Shown here: in pieces, positions 13,501 through 25,500 of the stretch
Layout: each line of letters begins with the position of its first letter
Numbering within the stretch: the first letter of the stretch is position 1
From: Nemertoderma westbladi
Taxonomy: Eukaryota; Animalia; Xenacoelomorpha
NCBI GenBank assembly: GCA_032718475.1
Contig: JAUCBJ010004681.1
Location: forward strand, 1-39,976
DNA: 39,976 bases
Direction of reading: 5' to 3'
Position numbers and translations under genes: made by a program
The notes under the pieces: generated by a model
Database searches by the model: none
Told to the model about the DNA's origin: nothing
Seen by the model: the letters and a program-made list of their open reading frames with translations, nothing else

Positions 13501-16500
13501 AAGCGTGAGTAAAGTAATAACATACACTAATATCTCATAGCTGGAAAGCGTGAGTAAAGTAATAACATACACTAATATCTCATAGCTGGAAAGCGTGAGT
13601 AAAGTAATAACATACACTAATATCTCAGAGTTAGAAAGCGTGAGTAAAGTAATAACATACACTAATATCTCATAGTTGGAAAGCGTGAATAAAGTAATAA
13701 CATACACTAATATCTCAGAGTTAGAAAGCGTGAGTAAAGTAATAACATACACTAATATCTCAGAGTTGGAAAGCGTGAGTAAAGTAATAACATACACTAA
13801 TATCTCATAGCTGGAAAGCGTGAGTAAAGTAATAACATACACTAATATCTCATAGCTGGAAAGCGTGAGTAAAGTAATAACATACACTAATATCTCAGAG
13901 TTGGAAAGAGTAAGTAAAGTAATAACATACACTAATATCTCATAGTTGGAAAGCGTGAGTAAAGTAATAACATACACTAATATCTCAGAGTTAGAAAGCG
14001 TGAGTAAAGTAATAACATTCACTAATATCTTATAGTTGGAAAGCGTGAGTAAAGTAATAACATACACTAATATCTCAGAGTTGGAAAGCGTGAGTAAAGT
14101 AATATCATACACTAATATCTCATAGTTGGAAAGCGTGAGTAAAGTAATAACATACACTAATATCTCATAGTTGGAAAGCGTGAGTAAAGTAATAACATAC
14201 ACTTATATCTCATAGTTGGAAAGCGTAAGTAAAGTAATAACATACACTAATATCTCATAGTTGGAAAGCGTGAGTAAAGTAATAACATACACTAATATCT
14301 CAGAGTTGGAAAGCGTGAGTAAAGTAATATCATACACTAATATCTCATAGTTGGAAAGCGTGAGTAAAGTAATAACATACACTAATATCTCATAGTTGGA
14401 AAGCGTGAGTAAAGTAATAACATACACTTATATCTCATAGTTGGAAAGCGTAAGTAAAGTAATAACATACACTAATATCTCATAGTTGGAAAGCGTGAGA
14501 AAGTAATAACATACACTAATATCTCATAGCTGGAAAGCGTGAGTAAAGTAATAACATACACTAATATCTCAGAGTTGGAAAGCGTGAGTAAAGTAATAAC
14601 ATACACTTATATCTCATAGTTGGAAAGCGTGAGTAAAGTAATAACATACACTAATATCTCATAGTTGGAAAGCGTGAGTAAAGTAATAACATACACTAAT
14701 ATCTCATAGTTGGAAAGCGTGAGTAAAGTAATAACATACACTAATATCTCATAGTTGGAAAACGTGAGTAAAGTAATAACATACACTAATATCTCATAGT
14801 TGGAAAGCGTGAGTAAAGTAATAACATACACTAATATCTCAGAGTTGGAAAGCGTGAGTAAAGTAATAACATACACTTATATCTCAGAGTTGGAAAGCGT
14901 AAGTAAAGTAATAACATACGTACTAATATATCATAGTTGGAAAGCGTGAGTAAAGTAATAACATACACTAATATCTCAGAGTTGGAAAGCGTGAGTAAAG
15001 TAATAACATACACTTATATCTCAGAGTTGGAAAGCGTGAGTAAAGTAATAACATACACTAATATCTCATAGTTGGAAAGCGTGAGTAAAGTAATAACATA
15101 CACTAATATCTCAGAGTTGGAAAGCGTGAGTAAAGTAATAACATACACTTATATCTCAGAGTTGGAAAGCGTAAGTAAAGTAATAACATACGTACTAATA
15201 TCTCATAGTTGGAAAGCGTGAGTAAAGTAATAACATACACTAATATCTCATAGTTGGAAAGCGTGAGTAAAGTAATAACATACACTTATATCTCAGAGTT
15301 GGAAAGCGTAAGTAAAGTAATAACATACGTACTAATATCTCATAGTTGGAAAGCGTGAGTAAAGTAATAACATACACTAATATCTCATAGTTGGAAAGCG
15401 TGAGTAAAGTAATAACATACACTAATATCTCAGAGTTGGAAAGCGTGAGTAAAGTAATAACATACACTTATATCTCAGAGTTGGAAAGCGTAAGTAAAGT
15501 AATAACATACGTACTAATATCTCATAGTTGGAAAGCGTGAGTAAAGTAATAACATACACTAATATCTCATAGTTGGAAAGCGTGAGTAAAGTAATAACAT
15601 ACACTTATATCTCAGAGTTGGAAAGCGTAAGTAAAGTAATAACATACGTACTAATATCTCATAGTTGGAAAGCGTGAGTAAAGTAATAACATACACTAAT
15701 ATCTCATAGTTGGAAAGCGTGAGTAAAGTAATAACATACACTAATATCTCATAGTTGGAAAGCGTGAGTAAAGTAATAACATACACTAATATATCAGAGT
15801 TGGAAAGCGTAAGTAAAGTAATAACATACGTACTAATATCTCATAGTTGGAAAGCGTGAGTAAAGTAATAACATACACTAATATCTCATAGTTGGAAAGC
15901 GTGAGTAAAGTAATAACATACACTAATATATCATAGTTGGAAACCGTGAGTAAAGTAATAACATACACTAATATCTCATAGTTGGAAAGCGTGAGTAAAG
16001 TAATAACATACACTAATATCGCATAGTTGGAAAGCGTGAGTAAAGTAATAACATACACCAATATCTCATAGTTGGAAAGCGTGAGTAAAGTAATAACATA
16101 CACTAATATCTCATAGTTGGAAAGCGTGAGTAAAGTAATAACATACACTAATATCGCATAGTTGGAAAGCGTGAGTAAAGTAATAACATACACTAATATC
16201 TCATAGTTGGAAAGCGTGAGTAAAGTAATAACATACACTAATATCTCAGAGTTAGTAAGCGTGAGTAAAGTAATAACATACACTAATATCTCATAGTTGG
16301 AAAGCGTGAGTAAAGTAATAACATACACTAATATCTCATAGTTGGAAAGCGTGAGTAAAGTAATAACATACACTAATATCTCAGAGTTGGAAAGCGTGAG
16401 TAAAGTAATAACATACACTTATATCTCAGAGTTGGAAAGCGTGAGTAAAGTAATAACATACACTAATATCTCATAGTTGGAAAGCGTGAGTAAAGTAATA

Positions 16501-19500
16501 ACATACACTAATATCTCAGAGTTGGAAAGCGTGAGTAAAGTAATAACATACACTTATATCTCAGAGTTGGAAAGCGTAAGTAAAGTAATAACATACGTAC
16601 TAATATCTCATAGTTGGAAAGCGTGAGTAAAGTAATAACATACACTAATATCTCATAGTTGGAAAGCGTGAGTAAAGTAATAACATACACTAATATCTCA
16701 GAGTTGGAAAGCGTGAGTAAAGTAATAACATACACTTATATCTCAGAGTTGGAAAGCGTAAGTAAAGTAATAACATACGTACTAATATCTCATAGTTGGA
16801 AAGCGTGAGTAAAGTAATAACATACACTAATATCTCAGAGTTGGAAAGCGTGAGTAAAGTAATAACATACACTTATATCTCATAGTTGGAAAGCGTGAGT
16901 AAAGTAATAACATACACTAATATCTCATAGTTGGAAAGCGTGAGTAAAGTAATAACATACACTAATATCTCATAGTTGGAAAGCGTGAGTAAAGTAATAA
17001 CATACACTAATATCTCATAGTTGGAAAGCGTGAGTAAAGTAATAACATACACTAATATCTCATAGTTGGAAAGCGTGAGTAAAGTAATAACATACACTAA
17101 TATCTCATAGTTGGAAAGCGTGAGTAAAGTAATAACATACACTTATATCTCATAGTTGGAAAGCGTGAGTAAAGTAATAACATACACTTATATCTCAGAG
17201 TTGGAAAGCGTGAGTAAAGTAATATCATACACTAATATCTCATAGTTGGAAAGCGTGAGTAAAGTAATAACATACACTAATATCTCATAGTTGGAAAGCG
17301 TGAGTAAAGTAATAACATACACTAATATCTCATAGTTGGAAAGCGTGAGTAAAGTAATAACATACACTAATATCTCAGAGTTGGAAAGCGTGAGTAAAGT
17401 AATAACATACACTTATATCTCAGAGTTGGAAAGCGCAAGTAAAGTAATAACATACGTACTAATATCTCATAGTTGGAAAGCGTGAGTAAAGTAATAACAT
17501 ACACTAATATCTCATAGTTGGAAAGCGTGAGTAAAGTAATAACATACACTAATATCTCAGAGTTGGAAAGCGTGAGTAAAGTAATAACATACACTTATAT
17601 CTCAGAGTTGGAAAGCGTAAGTAAAGTAATAACATACGTACTAATATCTCATAGTTGGAAAGCGTGAGTAAAGTAATAACATACACTAATATCTCAGAGT
17701 TGGAAAGCGTGAGTAAAGTAATAACATACACTTATATCTCATAGTTGGAAAGCGTGAGTAAAGTAATAACATACACTAATATCTCATAGTTGGAAAGCGT
17801 GAGTAAAGTAATAACATACACTAATATCTCATAGTTGGAAAGCGTGAGTAAAGTAATAACATACACTAATATCTCATAGTTGGAAAGCGTGAGTAAAGTA
17901 ATAACATACACTAATATCTCATAGTTGGAAAGCGTGAGTAAAGTAATAACATACACTAATATCTCAGAGTTGGAAAGCGTGAGTAAAGTAATAACATACA
18001 CTTATATCTCAGAGTTGGAAAGCGTAAGTAAAGTAATAACATACGTACTAATATCTCATAGTTGGAAAGCGTGAGTAAAGTAATAACATACACTAATATC
18101 TCAGAGTTGGAAAGCGTGAGTAAAGTAATAACATACACTTATATCTCAGAGTTGGAAAGCGTGAGTAAAGTAATAACATACACTAATATCTCATAGTTGG
18201 AAAGCGTGAGTAAAGTAATAACATACACTAATATCTCAGAGTTGGAAAGCGTGAGTAAAGTAATAACATACACTTATATCTCAGAGTTGGAAAGCGTAAG
18301 TAAAGTAATAACATACGTACTAATATCTCATAGTTGGAAAGCGTGAGTAAAGTAATAACATACACTAATATCTCATAGTTGGAAAGCGTGAGTAAAGTAA
18401 TAACATACACTTATATCTCAGAGTTGGAAAGCGTAAGTAAAGTAATAACATACGTACTAATATCTCATAGTTGGAAAGCGTGAGTAAAGTAATAACATAC
18501 ACTAATATCTCATAGTTGGAAAGCGTGAGTAAAGTAATAACATACACTAATATCTCAGAGTTGGAAAGCGTGAGTAAAGTAATAACATACACTTATATCT
18601 CAGAGTTGGAAAGCGTAAGTAAAGTAATAACATACGTACTAATATCTCATAGTTGGAAAGCGTGAGTAAAGTAATAACATACACTAATATCTCATAGTTG
18701 GAAAGCGTGAGTAAAGTAATAACATACACTTATATCTCAGAGTTGGAAAGCGTAAGTAAAGTAATAACATACGTACTAATATCTCATAGTTGGAAAGCGT
18801 GAGTAAAGTAATAACATACACTAATATCTCATAGTTGGAAAGCGTGAGTAAAGTAATAACATACACTAATATCTCAGAGTTGGAAAGCGTGAGTAAAGTA
18901 ATAACATACACTTATATCTCAGAGTTGGAAAGCGTAAGTAAAGTAATAACATACGTACTAATATCTCATAGTTGGAAAGCGTGAGTAAAGTAATAACATA
19001 CACTAATATCTCAGAGTTGGAAAGCGTGAGTAAAGTAATAACATACACTTATATCTCATAGTTGGAAAGCGTGAGTAAAGTAATAACATACACTAATATC
19101 TCATAGTTGGAAAGCGTGAGTAAAGTAATAACATACACTAATATCTCATAGTTGGAAAGCGTGAGTAAAGTAATAACATACACTAATATCTCATAGTTGG
19201 AAAGCGTGAGTAAAGTAATAACATACACTAATATCTCATAGTTGGAAAGCGTGAGTAAAGTAATAACATACACTAATATCTCAGAGTTGGAAAGCGTGAG
19301 TAAAGTAATAACATACACTTATATCTCAGAGTTGGAAAGCGTAAGTAAAGTAATAACATACGTACTAATATCTCATAGTTGGAAAGCGTGAGTAAAGTAA
19401 TAACATACACTAATATCTCAGAGTTGGAAAGCGTGAGTAAAGTAATAACATACACTTATATCTCAGAGTTGGAAAGCGTGAGTAAAGTAATAACATACAC

Positions 19501-22500
19501 TAATATCTCATAGTTGGAAAGCGTGAGTAAAGTAATAACATACACTAATATCTCAGAGTTGGAAAGCGTGAGTAAAGTAATAACATACACTTATATCTCA
19601 GAGTTGGAAAGCGTAAGTAAAGTAATAACATACGTACTAATATCTCATAGTTGGAAAGCGTGAGTAAAGTAATAACATACACTTATATCTCATAGCTGGA
19701 AAGCGTGAGTAAAGTAATAACATACACTAATATCTCAGAGTTGGAAAGCGTGAGTAAAGTAATAACATACACTTATATCTCAGAGTTGGAAAGCGTAAGT
19801 AAAGTAATAACATACGTAATAATATCTCATAGTTGGAAAGCGTGAGTAAAGTAATAACATACACTTATATCTCATAGTTGGAAAGCGTGAGTAAAGTAAT
19901 AACATACACTAATATCTCATAGTTGGAAAGCGTGAGTAAAGTAATAACATACACTTATATCTCAGAGTTGGAAAGCGTAAGTAAAGTAATAACATACGTA
20001 CTAATATCTCATAGTTGGAAAGCGTGAGTAAAGTAATAACATACACTAATATCTCATAGTTGGAAAGCGTGAGTAAAGTAATAACATACACTAATATCTC
20101 AGAGTTGGAAAGCGTGAGTAAAGTAATAACATACACTTATATCTAAGAGTTGGAAAGCGTAAGTAAAGTAATAACATACGTACTAATATCTCATAGTTGG
20201 AAAGCGTGAGTAAAGTAATAACATACACTAATATCTCATAGTTGGAAAGCGTGAGTAAAGTAATAACATACACTTATATCTCAGAGTTGGAAAGCGTAAG
20301 TAAAGTAATAACATACGTACTAATATCTCATAGTTGGAAAGCGTGAGTAAAGTAATAACATACACTAATATCTCATAGTTGGAAAGCGTGAGTAAAGTAA
20401 TAACATACACTAATATCTCATAGTTGGAAAGCGTGAGTAAAGTAATAACATACACTAATATATCAGAGTTGGAAAGCGTAAGTAAAGTAATAACATACGT
20501 ACTAATATCTCATAGTTGGAAAGCGTGAGTAAAGTAATAACATACACTAATATCTCATTGTTGGAAAGCGTGAGTAAAGTAATAACATACACTAATATAT
20601 CATAGTTGGAAACCGTGAGTAAAGTAATAACATACACTAATATCTCATAGTTGGAAAGCGTGAGTAAAGTAATAACATACACTAATATCGCATAGTTGGA
20701 AAGCGTGAGTAAAGTAATAACATACACTAATATCTCATAGTTGGAAAGCGTGAGTAAAGTAATAACATACACTAATATCTCATAGTTGGAAAGCGTGAGT
20801 AAAGTAATAACATACACTAATATCGCATAGTTGGAAAGCGTGAGTAAAGTAATAACATACACTAATATCTCATAGTTGGAAAGCGTGAGTAAAGTAATAA
20901 CATACACTAATATCTCAGAGTTAGTAAGCGTGAGTAAAGTAATAACATACACTAATATCCCATAGTTGGAAAGCGTGAGTAAAGTAATAACATACACTAA
21001 TATCTCATAGTTGGAAAGCGTGAGTAAAGTAATAACATACACTAATATCTCAGAGTTAGAAAGCGTGAGTAAAGTAATAACATACACTAATATCCCATAG
21101 TTGGAAAGCGTGAGTAAAGTAATAACATACACTAATATCTCAGAGTTAGAAAGCGTGAGTAAAGTAATAACATACACTAATATCTCAGAGTTAGAAAGCG
21201 TGAGTAAAGTAATAACATACACTAATATCTCAGAGTTAGAAAGCGTGAGTAAAGTAATAACATACACTAATATCTCAGAGTTAGAAAGCGTGAGTAAAGT
21301 AATAACATACACTAATATCTCATAGTTGGAAAGCGTGAGTAAAGTAATAACATACACTAATATCTCAGAGTTAGAAAGCGTGAGTAAAGTAATAACATAC
21401 ACTAATATCTCATAGTTGGAAAGCGTGAGTAAAGTAATAACATACACTAATATCTCATAGTTGGAAAGCGTGAGTAAAGTAATAACATACACTAATATCG
21501 CATAGTTGGAAAGCGTGAGTAAAGTAATAACATACACTTATATCTCAGAGTTGGAAAGCGTAAGTAAAGTAATAACATACACTAATATCTCATAGTTGGA
21601 AAGCGTGAGTAAAGTAATAACATACACTAATATCTCATAGTTGGAAAGCGTGAGTAAAGTAATAACATACACTAATATCTCAGAGTTAGAAAGCGTGAGT
21701 AAAGTAATAACATACACTTATATCTCATAGTTGGAAAGCGTGAGTAAAGTAATAACATACACTAATATCTCATAGTTGGAATGCGTGAGTAAAGTAATAA
21801 CATACACTTATATCTCATAGTTGGAAAGCGTGAGTAAAGTAATAACATACACTAATATCTCATAGTTGGAAAGCGTGAGTAAAGTAATAACATACACTAA
21901 TATCTCAGAGTTAGAAAGCGTGAGTAAAGTAATAACATACACTAATATCTCAGAGTTAGAAAGCGTGAGTAAAGTAATAACATACACTAATATCTCAGAG
22001 TTGGAAAGCGTGAGTAAAGTAATAACATACACTAATATCTCAGAGTTAGAAAGCGTGAGTAAAGTAATAACATACACTAATATCTCATAGTTGGAAAGCG
22101 TGAGTAAAGTAATAACATACACTAATATCTCATAGTTGGAAAGCGTGAGTAAAGTAATAACATACACTAATATCTCATAGTTGGAAAGCGTGAGTAAAGT
22201 AATAACATACACTAATATCTCATAGTTGGAAAGCGTGAGTAAAGTAATAACATACACGAATATCTCATAGTTGGAAAGCGTGAGTAAAGTAATAACATAC
22301 ACTAATATCTCATAGTTGGAAAGCGTGAGTAAAGTAATAACATACACTAATATCTCATAGTTGGAAAGCGTGAGTAAAGTAATAACATACACTAATATCT
22401 CATAGTTGGAAAGCGTGAGTAAAGTAATAACATACACTAATATCTCATAGTTAGAAAGCGTAAGTAAAGTAATAACATACACTTATATCTCATAGTTGGA

Positions 22501-25500
22501 AAGCGTGAGTAAAGTAATAACATACACTAATATCTCATAGTTAGAAAGCGTAAGTAAAGTAATAACATACACTTATATCTCATAGTTGGAAAGCGTGAGT
22601 AAAGTAATAACATACACTAATATCTCATAGCAAATTATTTAACAAAATTCTGCTCCATACAATTCCACCACGGATGATTCCGCATCGGATAATTCCGTAT
22701 GAAATAATTATCTGTGACAATTCCATCCCGGTATCTCATCCAAATTACCAATCCACCAGCGGCGGCCCGGTACTTTAAAAATAATTATTTATTACTTGGG
22801 GGAAAAAAATGTCCAACGTATTTTTCCCAAGTAACACGGAAGTTTATTCTTAAATTATTGATACTTTCTTGTCGCTTGATTCTTGAATAAAAGATTGAAC
22901 TAAGAAGTGTTACTTAGTGCTACTAAGAAGTGTTACTTAGTGCTACTAAGAAGTGTTACTTAGTGCTACTAAGAAGTGTTACTTAGTGCTACTAAGTAGT
23001 GTTACTTAGTGCTACTAAGTAGTGTTACAATATAAATTGAACGAACTGCAGTATTTTAGTAATTACAGCGATTCCAATCAAACAAACCAAAATATTGGAT
23101 ATTAATTGAGTTCTATTTTGGAATACGCCCCACAGACACCAAAGTGACACTTATGAGTGTGTGCATTAATTTTGCTCAAATTACGTACAAACCTTTTCTA
23201 CTTCGAAGCTCTTTCAACACAATAAAATGTAATAATTTCCCCGGGAAAAAGTAAAATCAATGCAATCCTATGGGATAAAGTAAAATCAATACAATCCTAT
23301 GGGACACTGTTTTCCCTAAGGAAAAAGGTCTCCCTTTTCATCCGAATTTTGGGTATTTTTGAAACAATACAAACAAAGCTTTCAGGCGAAATTATTAAAA
23401 TAAAAAGCGCGCCGTGTGTATTTCATCGTCTAAGTTTATAGTATAGTTTTCTGCGAAATAAATCCAAAAGCATTATTTGGCCAGCAACAAGTCCAGCAGC
23501 GAGATCAGTTCTGGCTTTGTATAGCTGTGATCCTCGAAACTTACACTCTCGGCAACAGCTTCGCTATACGAGATGAATAGAAAATAATCTTCAAAATGGG
23601 CTCGTAATTGTGGCACTAGACCTAATATACCAGTAGCAGTGAACCTTCAAAGTTCGGTATTCTTTTTTGAGAAACCAATATTTTCAAACCCCACGTTTCC
23701 AGTGACGAAATAAATATGTATTTAAGTCGTGTTTATGTTCTAAACGAACCAAATATTTATATTGTCTCTTCAAAACATATAAAAACTAAAACATGTCTGC
23801 CTTGGGTATACTCTGCGTACTAAAAACGTATAAGTTTAAAGTTGCGCCCAAGATCTACACTGGATCCACTATAAACAGTAAAAATACAAATAAAAATACG
23901 ATTAATAAGTTATTGTCAATTGTTATAAATGAAGTATATTGTGGGGTTTATCCAGAGCTACGAAACCAGCCCAAAATTGTCGAATTTCGTTGACGCAATC
24001 AAAAGATACGAACATGTAAAGTTTTTGCTAAATTTTTGCCGGTTTAAAGTGACAGTGACCAATAAATACTTATTTTACTTACACGCAGCAAAAATAATAA
24101 ATTTTCATAAAATATTTACATTTACAACACAAAATTATTGACGAGTTGAAATGAACAACAAATCGATAAGGAATTACTGCGAAATATCAACGAACCTAGA
24201 TTTATCGATATGAGTTATCCGAGGATTGGTGAAGTAATTCTGCTTCAAAGTATATCGCCGCAATATCGTCAATTTGAGGAATTTAATGTATCTGAGGACG
24301 CTGACTTTGAAGTTGGTTTAATTAAACTTGGGAGCCAAGGGTTTTAACGACCTAATCTAACGCAACCATTAATCTAGCCCACAAAACTATGGAATAATCT
24401 ATAATTACCTTCAGATAGCTATAAACTTTTCATCAGTTTAAAAAAGAAATTAAAGTGGGATGGGGATAGAGCTACAGACACAGTCAATAAGAAAGGAATC
24501 AATGAAAACGTGACACGGCATTAACCAATTATTATTTGTAGTTTATAATTTAGTGCTATTTGGTAACCCAAGACTAATACTCACTACTCATCCATTAAAA
24601 ATTAATTTATAACAAGAGATGTTTCGTATAGCCCTGAGATACTGATTCGTCACATAGCAGAGACATTGTGGCTCGGCGGCAGGGGATGTGCGAACGAGGC
24701 CTAGCGTCCGTTCTCGGCGTAGTACGGAGGCGGCTCCAGTTCGCGCCGTCCCGTCCCGTCCCGCCCCGTCCCGTCCCGTCCCGTCCCGTCCCGTCCCGTC
24801 CCGTCCCGTCCCGTCCCGTCCCGTCCCGTCCCGTCCCGTCCCGTCCCGTCCCGTCCCGTCCCGTCCCGTCCCGTCCCGTCCCGTCCCGTCCCGTCCCGTC
24901 CCGTCCCGTCCCGTCCCGTCCCGTCCCGTCCCGTCCCGTCCCGTCCCGTCCCGTCCCGTCCCGTCCCGTCCCGTCCCGTCCCGTCCCGTCCCGTCCCGTC
25001 CCGTCCCGTCCCGTCCCGTCCCGTCCCGTCCCGTCCCGTCCCGTCCCGTCCCGTCCCGTCCCGTCCCGTCCCGTCCCGTCCCGTCCCGTCCCGTCCCGTC
25101 CCGTCCCGTCCCGTCCCGTCCCGTCCCGTCCCGTCCCGTCCCGTCCCGTCCCGTCCCGTCCCGTCCCGTCCCGTCCCGTCCCGTCCCGTACATCTGTAGT
25201 TATTAATCTTACCTTACATCAAATAATTCTTACCTTTCTCTCAAACAATTTATCCACATCCTGTACTGTTTGCAGTTCTAGAACTTTATATAACCCCTTT
25301 TGAGTGTCTGGATCCTTCTTTTTGGAACAGGTCCTGAAATAAAACCAAAAACATGTGACCCAGGCAAAATAACATACAATGACAAAAATTTACACAAAAT
25401 AACAAGCCACGAGAAGAATAATACTGTGCGAGAATTTTAACTTTTCGGTTGAAATTTAATAGCAATTAATTTATGATAATTTTGTACTTCTTGAAAATTA

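Noticed and set aside
8103-22482. Many ORFs of repeated YVITLLTLSNYEILV (up to 360 aa)
   Set aside because: Translation of a 45-bp satellite. Frequent stop and frameshift variants, no unique flanking coding sequence, and it lies within a prominin intron.
23480-23600. Possible small exon within the 17.6-kb intron (tatag...AGT|gtaagt)
   Set aside because: Its 19 nt would break the frame between exons F and G, which already join in phase 0.
22631-24600. AT-rich unique sequence with short inverted repeats (22792-22834), a 29-bp duplication (~23248-23305) and short ORFs
   Set aside because: Probably old transposon debris; no termini, TSD or protein motif that I can support.
24588-25303. GTGRD / PVPSR repeat ORFs
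   Set aside because: Translation of the (CCGTC)n microsatellite.
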